Below are positions 8,431-18,720 of a DNA stretch of 32,000 nucleotides, one piece after another. The stretch comes from Flavobacteriaceae bacterium (lineage in GTDB: Bacteria > Bacteroidota > Bacteroidia > Flavobacteriales > Flavobacteriaceae), in NCBI GenBank assembly GCA_965224465.1, contig OZ245049.1, positions 2,580,001 through 2,612,000 on the forward strand. The letters are read 5' to 3'. Under the pieces are notes generated by a model. It was not told the origin of the DNA, ran no database searches, and was given only the letters and a program-made list of their open reading frames with translations. Both the position numbers and the translations under genes were made by a program. Position 1 is the first letter of the stretch; each line of letters opens with the position of its first letter.

Positions 8431-10797
8431 ATGAGAACCATCTTAGCACTTACTTTTTTAACCTTCTTATTAACCCTACAATCGTGTACAAACACCACTA
8501 CAGATAAACAGGAAACTGTCTTATGGTACCAAGAGTCAGCCTCCAAATGGATCGAAGCACTCCCTGTAGGAAACGGAAGACTGGGAGCCATGGTTTTTGG
8601 AGACACAGCACATGAGCGCATTCAATTAAATGAAGACTCCATGTGGGCTGGAGGTCCTGATTGGGGAAATTCAAAAGGTGGTCCTAAAGATTTACAGCAA
8701 ATAAGAGACCTACTAAATAAAGGAGAGCATCAAAAAGTAGATCCGTTAATTGTAGAGAAATTCTCCTTTAAATCAGTAAAAAGATCCCATCAAACTATGG
8801 GTGATTTATACATTGATTTTCCAAACAGAAAAAAAGTAGAAAAATACAGGCGTTCACTAAGTTTAGACAATGCTTTAGTTGCCATAAGCTACACCTCGAA
8901 TGGTGCTGAATATTCAGAAAAGGTATTTGCCTCTGCATCTGACGATGTATTGGTGATCGAATTAAAAACAACGGCTAAAGAAGGTATGAATTTCAAGCTA
9001 AAACTTGACAGACCTTTAGACAAGGGACATCTTACAGTCAAAACATCAAACCCAAGTGATCATGAAATTTCCATGTTAGGAATGGTTACTCAATATGGAG
9101 GAGTAAAGAATTCAAAACCATTTCCAATAAATTACGGAGTACAATTTGAAACACGCCTTAGGGTTAAAAAAACATCAGGAACCATTGAAGCCAACAACGG
9201 TGAATTAGTTTTAAAAGGAGTAAAAAAAGCAACCTTATTTATTGTTTGTAGCACCTCTTTTTATCATCAAAATTACAAAGAAAAAAATCGTCAAACATTG
9301 AGTTCTCTAGAAGGAAAATCATTTAAATACCTCCTAAAAAGACATATTAAAGATTATCAAAAATTATACAAACGTGTTGCCATTGATCTCGGAGGACATG
9401 CCTTGGATTCGATTCCAACAAATAAAAGGTTAGCTAGAATTAGAGAAGGTTATGAAGACCCCGATTTAGAAGCTACACTATTCCAATTCGGCAGGTATTT
9501 ATTAATTGCAAGTTCAAGACAAGGAACAAACCCTGCAAACCTACAAGGCTTATGGAATAAGGATATAGAAGCAGCATGGAATGCAGACTATCACCTAAAC
9601 ATTAATATGCAAATGAATTATTGGCCTGCTGAAATCACAAATCTAAGCGAATTACATCAACCATTTTTTGATTTATTGGACAAGGCAATTATAAGAGGAA
9701 AAAAATTAGCTAAAGAACAATACGGCATACATAGAGGAGCCGTATTACATCATACCACAGATCTTTGGGCGAGCCCATGGATGCGTGGCGAACGTCCATA
9801 TTGGGGCGCTTGGATTCATGGTGGAGGCTGGGCTGCGCAACATTATTGGCAACATTATACATTTACAGAAGACAAAGAATTCTTAAAAAATCGCGCCTAC
9901 CCAGCAATCAAAAATTTTGCGGAATTCTATTTAGACTGGTTAGTGAAAGACCCCATAAATAACACATGGGTATCTTCTCCTGAAACTTCTCCTGAAAACA
10001 GCTATCTAACAAGCCAAGGCAAACCTGCAGCAGTGTCTTATGGAAGTGCCATGGGGCATCAGATAATTAAAGAAGTATTTGATAATGTACTAGCATCCGC
10101 AAAAATTTTAGGAATTGAGAATGACTTTACAAAAGAAGTTCGACTAAAAAGAGCAACACTACATCCAGGAATTGTAATCGGTAAAGATGGAAGACTATTA
10201 GAGTGGAATCAACCTTATAAAGAAGCAGAGAAGGGACATCGCCATATGTCGCATTTATACGCATTACACCCTGGTATTACAATTATTGAACATACGGAAG
10301 CTTTTGAAGCAGCTAAAAAAACAATTGCTTATCGACTACAACATGGCGGAGCTGGCCCCGGTTGGAGCAGAGCTTGGATGATTAATTTTAACGCCCGTTT
10401 ATTTGATGCTAAATCTGCGGAAGAAAACATAAAAAAACTGATGCAACATTCTATATCTAACAACCTATTTAATCAACACCCTCCTTTTCAAATAGATGGA
10501 AACTTTGGTTATACAGCGGGTGTTGCAGAATTATTAGTTCAATCGCATGAAGGTTTTATAAGAATACTCCCAACACTTCCTGAAAACTGGGATACAGGAA
10601 AAATATCAGGTTTAAAAGCGAGAGGAAATATAGAAATAGACGTAGAATGGAAAGATGGAGAACTACGTAAAATCGGATTGCAATCGAAAAACAATAAAAC
10701 AAGCATTGTAAAATACAAAGACCTTATAAAAACGATTAAACTAACAAAAAACAACAAAATATGGCTAGATAAAAACCTAACTGTCATAAAGTTATAA
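8431..10797 (+). CDS. alpha-L-fucosidase, GH95 family, secreted lipoprotein
   Basis: 788 aa. The N-terminal WYQESASKWIEALPVGNGRLGAMVFG...ERIQLNEDSMWAG is the GH95 N-domain signature. NADYHLNINMQMNYWP is the catalytic-region motif. Confidence 0.85.
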   Translation: MRTILALTFLTFLLTLQSCTNTTTDKQETVLWYQESASKWIEALPVGNGRLGAMVFGDTAHERIQLNEDSMWAGGPDWGNSKGGPKDLQQIRDLLNKGEHQKVDPLIVEKFSFKSVKRSHQTMGDLYIDFPNRKKVEKYRRSLSLDNALVAISYTSNGAEYSEKVFASASDDVLVIELKTTAKEGMNFKLKLDRPLDKGHLTVKTSNPSDHEISMLGMVTQYGGVKNSKPFPINYGVQFETRLRVKKTSGTIEANNGELVLKGVKKATLFIVCSTSFYHQNYKEKNRQTLSSLEGKSFKYLLKRHIKDYQKLYKRVAIDLGGHALDSIPTNKRLARIREGYEDPDLEATLFQFGRYLLIASSRQGTNPANLQGLWNKDIEAAWNADYHLNINMQMNYWPAEITNLSELHQPFFDLLDKAIIRGKKLAKEQYGIHRGAVLHHTTDLWASPWMRGERPYWGAWIHGGGWAAQHYWQHYTFTEDKEFLKNRAYPAIKNFAEFYLDWLVKDPINNTWVSSPETSPENSYLTSQGKPAAVSYGSAMGHQIIKEVFDNVLASAKILGIENDFTKEVRLKRATLHPGIVIGKDGRLLEWNQPYKEAEKGHRHMSHLYALHPGITIIEHTEAFEAAKKTIAYRLQHGGAGPGWSRAWMINFNARLFDAKSAEENIKKLMQHSISNNLFNQHPPFQIDGNFGYTAGVAELLVQSHEGFIRILPTLPENWDTGKISGLKARGNIEIDVEWKDGELRKIGLQSKNNKTSIVKYKDLIKTIKLTKNNKIWLDKNLTVIKL

Positions 10798-11393
10798 TAC
10801 CAATTACAAAGACATATACTTCAAACACGCTTACTTTTTTTAACAAGACCTAAACAAAATTTATGAAAAAAAATCCAGTCAATAATCTCAGAGCAAGCCC
10901 ACAAGGCATGAAAACGAAAAAAACCTTAATCATTTAGATGCAAGCATCAAGAATTAAACCCACTGATGGGATTAAACAATAAAACACCCAAACAATAGGA
11001 TTGATTTTCAGCATATTAGCAGTACCAAAAAGAGCTAAAAAACACGTTGCCAAAATAAAAAAAAGAGTTCTCAAGAGCAGACAAACAACTCTTTTAATAA
11101 TTGCAATGATAGTTTATTACACAAGGAAACAGCAACAATAAAGACCTTGAGAATAGCACTCCTATAAAAATATTTATTACCTAGGCTATTTACAATTAAT
11201 TATTCACTAAACACTGGAATCAATTAAGTTAGCTCCATGCTGTAAAGCCCGTTTTACATATTTTACAAAAAACAGGCGATTAAAAAAACACGAAGAACTT
11301 CCCCTTAGAACATATAAAGACACCAATAGAAATAAATCAATTGGCTAAAATAGCCATGCGCCATTATTTTTTAAAAAAAGAACACAGGGAATT

Positions 11394-12179
11394 ATGGATT
11401 TAAAACTAAAGAACAAAGTTATTATCGTAACAGGAGGATCTAAAGGCATTGGATTTGGGATCTGTAAAGTACTCGCACAAGAAGGAGCAATTCCTGTAAT
11501 TTTAGGAAGAAATAAAACAACGATTGCTAGCGCAGTAAAAGAACTTAAAGATGCAGGAGGAATGGTAGGTTTTGCTTTTGTAGAATTAACACATCCTGAA
11601 GAATGTAAAAATGCCGTAGCCAGTGTTCTAAAAGAATTTGGAAGAATAGACGGATTGGTAAATAATGCAGGTGTTAATGATGGCGTAAGTCTAGCAGATG
11701 GAGGGTATGCTAATTTTATGGATTCTATTCACAAAAATTTGATGCATTATTACTTAATCACACATCATGCATTGCCCGCTCTAAAAAAAGCAAAAGGAGT
11801 AATTCTTAATATAGGATCTAAAACATCCATTACTGGTCAAGGAGGCACTTCTGGTTATGCCGCGGCAAATGGAGGGCGCAATGCATTGACACGCGAATGG
11901 GCTGTAGAATTATTACCCTTCGGCATCAGAGTAAATGCTGTTATAGTCGCAGAATGTTACACTCCCTTGTATCACAGTTGGATTCAAAGCTTTAAAAATC
12001 CGAAAGAAAAACTAGCCGCTATTACAAAAAGTATTCCTTTAGAAAACAGAATGACCACGACCGAAGAAATTGGAAATACAGTGGCTTTTTTAGTGTCGGA
12101 AAAATCCAGTCATACTACAGGTCAATTGGTATATGTAGATGGAGGTTACACACATTTAGACCGAGCTATCACCACCTAG
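11394..12179 (+). CDS. SDR-family oxidoreductase (second fucose-pathway dehydrogenase candidate)
   Basis: TGGSKGIG, NNAG and a YAAANGG active-site region. 261 aa. It lies immediately upstream of fucP. Confidence 0.75.
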   Translation: MDLKLKNKVIIVTGGSKGIGFGICKVLAQEGAIPVILGRNKTTIASAVKELKDAGGMVGFAFVELTHPEECKNAVASVLKEFGRIDGLVNNAGVNDGVSLADGGYANFMDSIHKNLMHYYLITHHALPALKKAKGVILNIGSKTSITGQGGTSGYAAANGGRNALTREWAVELLPFGIRVNAVIVAECYTPLYHSWIQSFKNPKEKLAAITKSIPLENRMTTTEEIGNTVAFLVSEKSSHTTGQLVYVDGGYTHLDRAITT

Positions 12180-12368
12180 TCTTTGCTAAAGATGCCAACT
12201 CCTGCGTTACAATCATTTTAAAAGCAGTCATTTACAACAATATATTCATTGATTTTTAAAATTTTACAAGCCTTGACTTTGACGCTATCTTATCAAGAAC
12301 TTAGGAAACACGTAGTTTTCTTTCTGATATACAATTACACGAACAAATAAGTACTAAAAACTATACTA

Positions 12369-13718
12369 ATGAATACTCTTAAAAAAACACCTATTGTCTC
12401 TAAAAAAGTATTTTTCCCATTTATTTTAGTCACCTTACTTTTTGCTCTTTGGGGCTTTGCCAATGCCGTTACCGACCCCATGGTTAAGGCATTTAAAACC
12501 GTATTAGAACTGAGTAACACACAAGCCTCTTGGGTTCAAATGGCATTTTATGGAGGCTATTTTTGCATGGCATTACCCGCCGCTATGTGTATGCGAAAAT
12601 ATTCCTATAAAACAGGTATATTAATAGGACTTGCACTGTACGCCATAGGCGCATTATTATTTTATCCAGCAGCAAGCACCCAAATATTTTGGTTTTTTTG
12701 TTTGAGCCTATATATTCTAACCTTTGGACTGGCTTTCTTGGAAACGGCAGCCAATCCTTATATTTTAGCCATGGGTGCAAAACAAACAGCTACCCAACGT
12801 CTAAATTTAGCGCAAGCCATCAACCCCTTAGGCTTAATTGCAGGACTTCTAGTTGCAAAATATTATATATATGATCAATTACTTACCGATGACATTAAAG
12901 ATTTTGGCAGTTTAGACGAAGCTAGAAAAACAGTCATTAGATTGGCAGACCTATCCGTAATACGCGACCCATACGTAGTCTTAGGCTTGCTAATCACGTT
13001 GGTATTCGTCGTTTTTCTAATCAGTAAAATGCCGCAATCAAAAGAGGAAGGTTCCATGCCAAGTATTGGAGCTACATTTAAGGTCTTGACAAAAAACAAA
13101 AAATATGTACTGGGTGTTGTAGCCCAACTATTTTATGTAGGAGCACAAATAATGACTTGGACCTATATCTATCATTATACTGAAGGAATAGACTTAGCGA
13201 ATCAAGGGCTGGCAAATTATGAAAAAATAGATGTATTCTCTTATCAATTTATTGCATTCATACTATTTACAGTGGGTAGAGCTGTCGGAACTGCTTTATT
13301 AAAATATTTGAATTCCGGAAAATTACTCCTGTATTTTTCTGTGTGTGCCATGGCATGTGTGGTAGGAACTATTTGGATCCCTGGAATTATAGGCTTGTAT
13401 TGTTTAATAGGCATCTCTTTCTTTATGTCTTTAATGTTCCCTACCATTTATGGAATTGCATTGGGCGGTTTAACAGAAGAACAATCAAAAATTGGTTCTG
13501 CTGGATTGGTCATGGCAATTGTTGGAGGTGCATTAATGCCCATGCTCCAAGGTATGATTATAGACCACGGAGGACAAGGATATAACGACACCCTAATCTT
13601 GGGCGTTTCTGAAGTAAACTTCTCCTTTATATTGCCCTTATTATGTTTTACATACATCGCTTGGTACGGATTCAGTGTTCAAAAAACACAAGAAATTATA
13701 GAAACTCAGAAAATATGA
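12369..13718 (+). CDS. fucP: L-fucose:H+ symporter permease (MFS)
   Basis: 449 aa and multi-TM. FALWGFANAVTDPMVKAFK...QMAFYGGYFCMALPAA..YSYKTGILIGLALYAIGALLFYPAA is colinear with the E. coli FucP N-terminus as I recall it. Confidence 0.85.
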   Translation: MNTLKKTPIVSKKVFFPFILVTLLFALWGFANAVTDPMVKAFKTVLELSNTQASWVQMAFYGGYFCMALPAAMCMRKYSYKTGILIGLALYAIGALLFYPAASTQIFWFFCLSLYILTFGLAFLETAANPYILAMGAKQTATQRLNLAQAINPLGLIAGLLVAKYYIYDQLLTDDIKDFGSLDEARKTVIRLADLSVIRDPYVVLGLLITLVFVVFLISKMPQSKEEGSMPSIGATFKVLTKNKKYVLGVVAQLFYVGAQIMTWTYIYHYTEGIDLANQGLANYEKIDVFSYQFIAFILFTVGRAVGTALLKYLNSGKLLLYFSVCAMACVVGTIWIPGIIGLYCLIGISFFMSLMFPTIYGIALGGLTEEQSKIGSAGLVMAIVGGALMPMLQGMIIDHGGQGYNDTLILGVSEVNFSFILPLLCFTYIAWYGFSVQKTQEIIETQKI

Positions 13719-14047
13719 AAAGACATTGTTTCACATTGGATTTGATCAACGATGCTGCATTGATAAAAGACTATAAAGCACATCATAAAAAAGTATGGCC
13801 AACAATAGAGTCTAGCATCAAATCAGCAGGGATTTTATCCCTTGAAATATACCTTTTAGAAAACCGATTGTTTATGATTATGGAAGTAAATGACGCATTT
13901 AGTTTCGATAGAAAAAAGCAAATAGATCTAGAAAATCCCAAAGTTCAACAATGGGAACAATTGATGTGGACATACCAAAAAGCATTGCCATCAGCAAAAA
14001 AAGGAGACAAATGGATGCTCCTAGAAAAAATATATGACTTGGCTTAA
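13715..14047 (+). CDS. L-rhamnose mutarotase (RhaM/YiiL, DUF718) family protein, likely acting as a 6-deoxyhexose (fucose) mutarotase
   Basis: 110 aa from ATG 13715, which overlaps the fucP stop (ATGA). HHKKVWPTIESSIKSAGILSLEIYLLENRLFMIMEV fits the RhaM pattern. The ORF-track start at 13643 lies inside fucP. Confidence 0.75.
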   Translation: MKRHCFTLDLINDAALIKDYKAHHKKVWPTIESSIKSAGILSLEIYLLENRLFMIMEVNDAFSFDRKKQIDLENPKVQQWEQLMWTYQKALPSAKKGDKWMLLEKIYDLA

Positions 14048-14065
14048 CCATTAAAAACTTGCACC

Positions 14066-15214
14066 ATGAAATTATCCTACAATTACAACTATCCTTCGAT
14101 AGAAGACTTGAGAGACCGCGCAAAAAAAAAGATTCCAAAATTCGCCTTCGAATATTTAGATGGCGGCTGTAACGAAGATGTAAACATCCACAAAAACACC
14201 AAAGAAATTAGAGATGTAGAACTGATTCCTCGTTATTTAAGTACACATAAAGGCTCCTTCATAAAAACAGAACTATTTGGCCATACTTACGATGCGCCCT
14301 TTGGGATTGCACCTGTAGGTTTACAAGGCTTAATGTGGCCAAAATCACCTGAAATACTAGCCAAAGCAGCTTTTGACCACAACATCCCATTTGTTTTGAG
14401 CACTGTTAGTACAAGCAGTATAGAAACCATAAGTGAAATCACAGAAGGGCAGGCTTGGTTTCAGTTGTACCACCCAGCAGAAAACAGCCTCAGAGATGCG
14501 TTGATAAAACGTGCCGCAGCTGCCGAATGTCCAGTTTTGGTCTTACTCTGTGATGTCCCAACTTTTGGATATAGACCTAGAGATATTAGAAATGGATTGG
14601 CAATGCCACCTAGAATGACTTTTAAAAATATACTTCAAGTATTAGGCAAGCCAAATTGGGCAATTCAAACCCTCTTAAATGGAGCACCAAATTTTGAAAT
14701 TTTAAAACCTTATACACCCAAAGGATTGGACATGAAAAAACTAGGCGAATTTATGGATCACACTTTTTCTGGTAGGCTCAACGAAGAAAAAATAGCCCCC
14801 ATCCGAGATCTATGGAAAGGGAAAATTGTTTTAAAAGGAGTTACAAATCAAATGGATGCAGAAAAAGCCATAGAACTAGGACTCGACGGAATCATTGTTT
14901 CAAATCATGGAGGAAGGCAATTAGACGCAGGTGAGTCCTCCATTAAATCACTCACAACAATTGCTGCTAACTACGGGGATAAAATAAAAGTAATGATGGA
15001 CAGCGGCATACGTTCTGGACCAGACATTGCAAGAACATTGGCAAGCGGAGCAGATTTCACCTTTATGGGAAGACCTTTTATGTATGGAGTTTCTGCCCTA
15101 GGAAAAGAAGGAGGCAACCACACCATCTCAATTTTAAAAATACAATTACAACAAGTAATGGAACAACTTTGCTGTAAAAACTGCAGTGATTTTCCATCAT
15201 TTTTAAAAAAATAG
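14066..15214 (+). CDS. lldD: FMN-dependent alpha-hydroxy-acid dehydrogenase (L-lactate dehydrogenase-like)
   Basis: 382 aa. The motifs WFQLY, VSNHGGRQLD and DSGIRSG.DI are hallmarks of the glycolate oxidase/LldD family. Confidence 0.8.
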   Translation: MKLSYNYNYPSIEDLRDRAKKKIPKFAFEYLDGGCNEDVNIHKNTKEIRDVELIPRYLSTHKGSFIKTELFGHTYDAPFGIAPVGLQGLMWPKSPEILAKAAFDHNIPFVLSTVSTSSIETISEITEGQAWFQLYHPAENSLRDALIKRAAAAECPVLVLLCDVPTFGYRPRDIRNGLAMPPRMTFKNILQVLGKPNWAIQTLLNGAPNFEILKPYTPKGLDMKKLGEFMDHTFSGRLNEEKIAPIRDLWKGKIVLKGVTNQMDAEKAIELGLDGIIVSNHGGRQLDAGESSIKSLTTIAANYGDKIKVMMDSGIRSGPDIARTLASGADFTFMGRPFMYGVSALGKEGGNHTISILKIQLQQVMEQLCCKNCSDFPSFLKK

Positions 15215-15377
15215 GCAACAATTAAATAGACAATCACACTGTACACAAATCACCCTTCATTTTTTTATGAGGGGTATTCACCTTTATCTATACAAGAAAT
15301 CAAATCAACAACCTCACCCCAAAAGAATGAGCTATACTCCCAAAAAAATATTTTCAGTTCAAAGCATATCCTTGGGA

Positions 15378-15507
15378 AATCATACCAATTAAATTTCCAA
15401 GTGACAGTTTAGAAATGGATGGATAGCCTTAGCAATCGTTCTGTTTTTTAACAACGCTAGAACATAAAATAAACTATTTATATCGGTCATTTTGGAATGT
15501 AGTTGGA
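15378..15507 (+). repeat. Dispersed repeat family R1, copy B
   Basis: It shares the 27-nt block 15393-15419 with copy A. It shares the 30-nt block 15465-15494 (TAAAATAAACTATTTATATCGGTCATTTTG) exactly with copy C (29819-29848). Imperfect terminal inverted repeats are TTCCAAGTGAC and GTCATTTTGGAA. Confidence 0.75.
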
Positions 15508-15952
15508 ATTAAACCCTCCAAGAAAAATTAGAAACACAATTTCAGAAGTAAAAACCATCGTTTTTCAAAAAAATAAAACTTTTTCAAACAAAAACTCCAA
15601 ACACAACAAAAACGAATCATAAATTGACTTAAAACCCCACTTAAGCTATAAAATTCTGACCTACAATTACATGAATAGCCCTCATATTTAGTTATTTTAA
15701 CCCTTAAAAAAGAAGGCAATACTTTCTTATTTTTAAGGTTAGGATCGCCCCATTGCATATCTTTCAATAAATTACATAACTGCAACCGTAAGACTTAAAT
15801 TAATCACAAATACAGCTATCAATACCACAAAAGCACATTAAATTCCTTTAAAAATCACTAAAACGTTTGCGTGCTATTTGTACCCGTTCTAAATTGCTTT
15901 ATACACCTTTAATTAATCACATTACCTCCCTTATTAGTCCATTGGATAGTTA

Positions 15953-15960
15953 TATCTTTG
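15953..15960 (+). promoter_or_regulatory. Candidate Bacteroidota -7 promoter box (TATCTTTG) for sdhCAB
   Basis: It matches the TAnnTTTG consensus and lies 29 nt upstream of the sdhC ATG. I found no clear -33 TTG. Confidence 0.35.
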
Positions 15961-15988
15961 ATGCAACTTATTTAAAAAAAACTTAAAA

Positions 15989-16669
15989 ATGAGCGGATTA
16001 TTATCTTCATCAATTGCAAGGAAAGTAGCCATGGCGTTATCGGCACTTTTTCTAATTATCTTCTTGATTATCCATGTTGCGGTAAACATAACATCGATTT
16101 TCAGCGAAGAAGTTTTCAATGATTTATCCCACTTTATGGGAACAAACCCTTTGATACAATTTGGTATGCAACCAATATTGATTCTTGGTGTTGTTTTCCA
16201 TTTCGTAATGGGATTTGTATTAGAAATACAAAACAGAATAGCCAGAGGAGGGCAAAAGTATGCAAAATTTAATGGTGCAGCTGGAGCAACGTGGATGTCT
16301 AGAAACATGGTATACAGCGGAGCTGCTATATTGGCTTTTCTAATTTTACATTTCCTTGATTTTTGGATTCCAGAAATCAACACAAAATACATTATTGGAG
16401 ATATGTCCGGTATGATAGACGGTGAGGAAGGGTATCGTTATTTCCACGAGTTGCAACACAAATTTGTTCCATTATGGAGAACAGCAGCTTATGTGATTGC
16501 TTTTGTATTCTTAGGATTGCACTTAGCACATGGATTCCAATCGGCATTTCAATCTATTGGTTTTAATAACAAGTTTAGCAAAGGATTAAAAACCTTTGGT
16601 AATGCATACGCTATTATAATTCCTTTGTGTTTTATTATTGTTGCATTATTTCACCATTTCAACCATTAA
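15989..16669 (+). CDS. sdhC: succinate dehydrogenase/fumarate reductase cytochrome b subunit (b558 family)
   Basis: 226 aa, five hydrophobic helices with conserved His residues. It lies directly upstream of sdhA. Confidence 0.85.
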   Translation: MSGLLSSSIARKVAMALSALFLIIFLIIHVAVNITSIFSEEVFNDLSHFMGTNPLIQFGMQPILILGVVFHFVMGFVLEIQNRIARGGQKYAKFNGAAGATWMSRNMVYSGAAILAFLILHFLDFWIPEINTKYIIGDMSGMIDGEEGYRYFHELQHKFVPLWRTAAYVIAFVFLGLHLAHGFQSAFQSIGFNNKFSKGLKTFGNAYAIIIPLCFIIVALFHHFNH

Positions 16670-16680
16670 TCTAAGTAACT

Positions 16681-18687
16681 ATGACGACTTTAAATTCGAG
16701 AGTACCACAAGGCGGTCCAATTAAAGATAAATGGACAACCTATAAAGATCAAATAGACCTAGTAAACCCAGCCAACAAGCGTAATATTGATATTATTATT
16801 GTAGGAACTGGATTGGCAGGAGGATCTGCTGCTGCAACCTTAGCAGAACAAGGATATAATGTAAAAGCATTTGCTTATCAAGATTCACCACGTAGAGCAC
16901 ACTCTATTGCTGCACAAGGGGGAATTAATGCTGCAAAAAACTATATGGGTGATGGAGATTCAAACTATCGCTTATTTTATGATACGGTAAAAGGAGGAGA
17001 TTACCGTTCACGTGAAGCAAACGTACACCGTTTGGCAGAGGTTTCTGGTAATATTATTGACCAATGTGTGGCACAAGGAGTTCCTTTTGCACGTGATTAT
17101 GGTGGATTGCTAGACAACCGTTCTTTTGGAGGGGTATTAGTCTCTCGTACTTTTTACGCCAAAGGACAAACAGGACAACAATTATTACTAGGATGTTATT
17201 CAGCAATGAACCGTCAAATAGCACGTGGTAAAATTGAAATGTTCAACCGTCACGAAATGTTAGACGTAGTAATAGTAGACGGAAAAGCCCGTGGTATTAT
17301 TGCACGTGATTTAATTACTGGAGAAATTGAGCGCCACTCAGCACATGCTGTTGTAATAGCCACTGGAGGCTACGGAAACGTATACTTCTTATCTACAAAC
17401 GCTATGGGATCAAATGCTACTGCTGCATGGAAAATCCATAAAAAAGGAGCGTTTTTCGCAAATCCTTGTTTCACTCAAATCCACCCTACTTGTATTCCTC
17501 GTTCTGGAGATTATCAGTCAAAATTAACATTGATGTCTGAATCTCTACGTAATGATGGACGTATCTGGGTACCTGGAAAAATTGAAGATGCAAAAGCAAT
17601 CCAACAAGGAAAATTAAAACCTACAGAAATTGCTGAAGGTGATAGAGATTATTACTTAGAACGTCGCTATCCTGCATTTGGTAACTTAGTACCACGTGAT
17701 GTTGCATCAAGAGCTGCAAAAGAACGTTGTGATGCTGGTTACGGAGTAAATGCTACCGGAGAAGCTGTTTACCTTGATTTTGCTGCTGCCTTTCAACGTT
17801 ATGGAAAAGAGCAAGCAAAAATAAAAGGAATCAAAAATGCTTCTGAAGCAGAAATAATCAAATTAGGACAAGGAATTATCGAAGCTAAATACGGTAACTT
17901 GTTCCAAATGTATGAGAAAATTATCGACGAGAATCCTTACGAAACTCCAATGATGATATATCCTGCTACACACTACACCATGGGAGGTGTTTGGGTAGAT
18001 TATAACCTAATGACTACCGTACCTGGATTGTACTGTATTGGAGAAGCAAACTTCTCTGACCACGGAGCAAACAGATTAGGAGCCTCTGCATTAATGCAAG
18101 GATTGGCAGATGGGTATTTTGTATTGCCATATACTATTGGTGATTATTTATCTGACGATATTAGAACAGGAAGAATTCCAACCGACACTCCAGAATTTGA
18201 TGCTGTAGAAAAAGAAATCAAAGACAAACTAGATTTCTTTATCAATAATAAAGGAACACACTCTGTAGATTATTTCCATAAGAAATTAGGGAAAATTATG
18301 TGGGACAAAGTAGGAATGGGACGTAACGAGAAAGACTTAAAAATAGCGATTAAAGAAATTGCTGAATTAAGAGAAGACTTCTGGAAAAACGTAAAAGTTC
18401 CTGGAGACTTAAACGAAATGAACCCAGAACTTGAAAAAGCAGGTAGAGTTGCTGACTTCCTAGAATTAGGAGAATTATTTGCCTTAGACGCCTTGAACAG
18501 AAACGAATCTTGTGGAGGTCACTTCCGTACAGAGTACATAACTGAAGACGGTGAAGCAAGACGTGATGATAAAAATTACGCCTACGTTGCAGCATGGGAA
18601 TTCAAAGGAAAACCAAGCGAAGCAATATTGCACAAAGAAGAATTAGAATTTAAAGACATCGAGCTTAAAACTCGTTCCTATAAATAG
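16681..18687 (+). CDS. sdhA: succinate dehydrogenase/fumarate reductase flavoprotein subunit
   Basis: 668 aa. [14 protein letters not shown] fold, the [14 protein letters not shown] covalent-FAD His region, and HYTMGG. Confidence 0.95.
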   Translation: MTTLNSRVPQGGPIKDKWTTYKDQIDLVNPANKRNIDIIIVGTGLAGGSAAATLAEQGYNVKAFAYQDSPRRAHSIAAQGGINAAKNYMGDGDSNYRLFYDTVKGGDYRSREANVHRLAEVSGNIIDQCVAQGVPFARDYGGLLDNRSFGGVLVSRTFYAKGQTGQQLLLGCYSAMNRQIARGKIEMFNRHEMLDVVIVDGKARGIIARDLITGEIERHSAHAVVIATGGYGNVYFLSTNAMGSNATAAWKIHKKGAFFANPCFTQIHPTCIPRSGDYQSKLTLMSESLRNDGRIWVPGKIEDAKAIQQGKLKPTEIAEGDRDYYLERRYPAFGNLVPRDVASRAAKERCDAGYGVNATGEAVYLDFAAAFQRYGKEQAKIKGIKNASEAEIIKLGQGIIEAKYGNLFQMYEKIIDENPYETPMMIYPATHYTMGGVWVDYNLMTTVPGLYCIGEANFSDHGANRLGASALMQGLADGYFVLPYTIGDYLSDDIRTGRIPTDTPEFDAVEKEIKDKLDFFINNKGTHSVDYFHKKLGKIMWDKVGMGRNEKDLKIAIKEIAELREDFWKNVKVPGDLNEMNPELEKAGRVADFLELGELFALDALNRNESCGGHFRTEYITEDGEARRDDKNYAYVAAWEFKGKPSEAILHKEELEFKDIELKTRSYK

Positions 18688-18720
18688 GCAGTAGTCACTA
18701 GCGAAAAGCAACAAGGAACA

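Noticed and set aside
12270-12300. Operator-like CTTGA...TCAAG symmetry and TTGAC direct repeat upstream of fucP
   Set aside because: The half-sites are short and have no second occurrence in the window. There is no regulator gene to tie them to, so they could easily be chance.
15253-15274. Terminator after lldD (CCCTTCAT-T6-ATGAGGGG)
   Set aside because: The stem needs a G-U pair and the T-run is in the loop rather than trailing. It may be a T-run-less terminator, but the support is too weak for a feature call.
15528-15785. 85-aa minus-strand ORF in the lldD-sdhC gap
   Set aside because: It has Cys/Phe/Lys-rich odd composition, no motif and no plausible partner genes. It lies in A-rich spacer DNA where such ORFs arise by chance.
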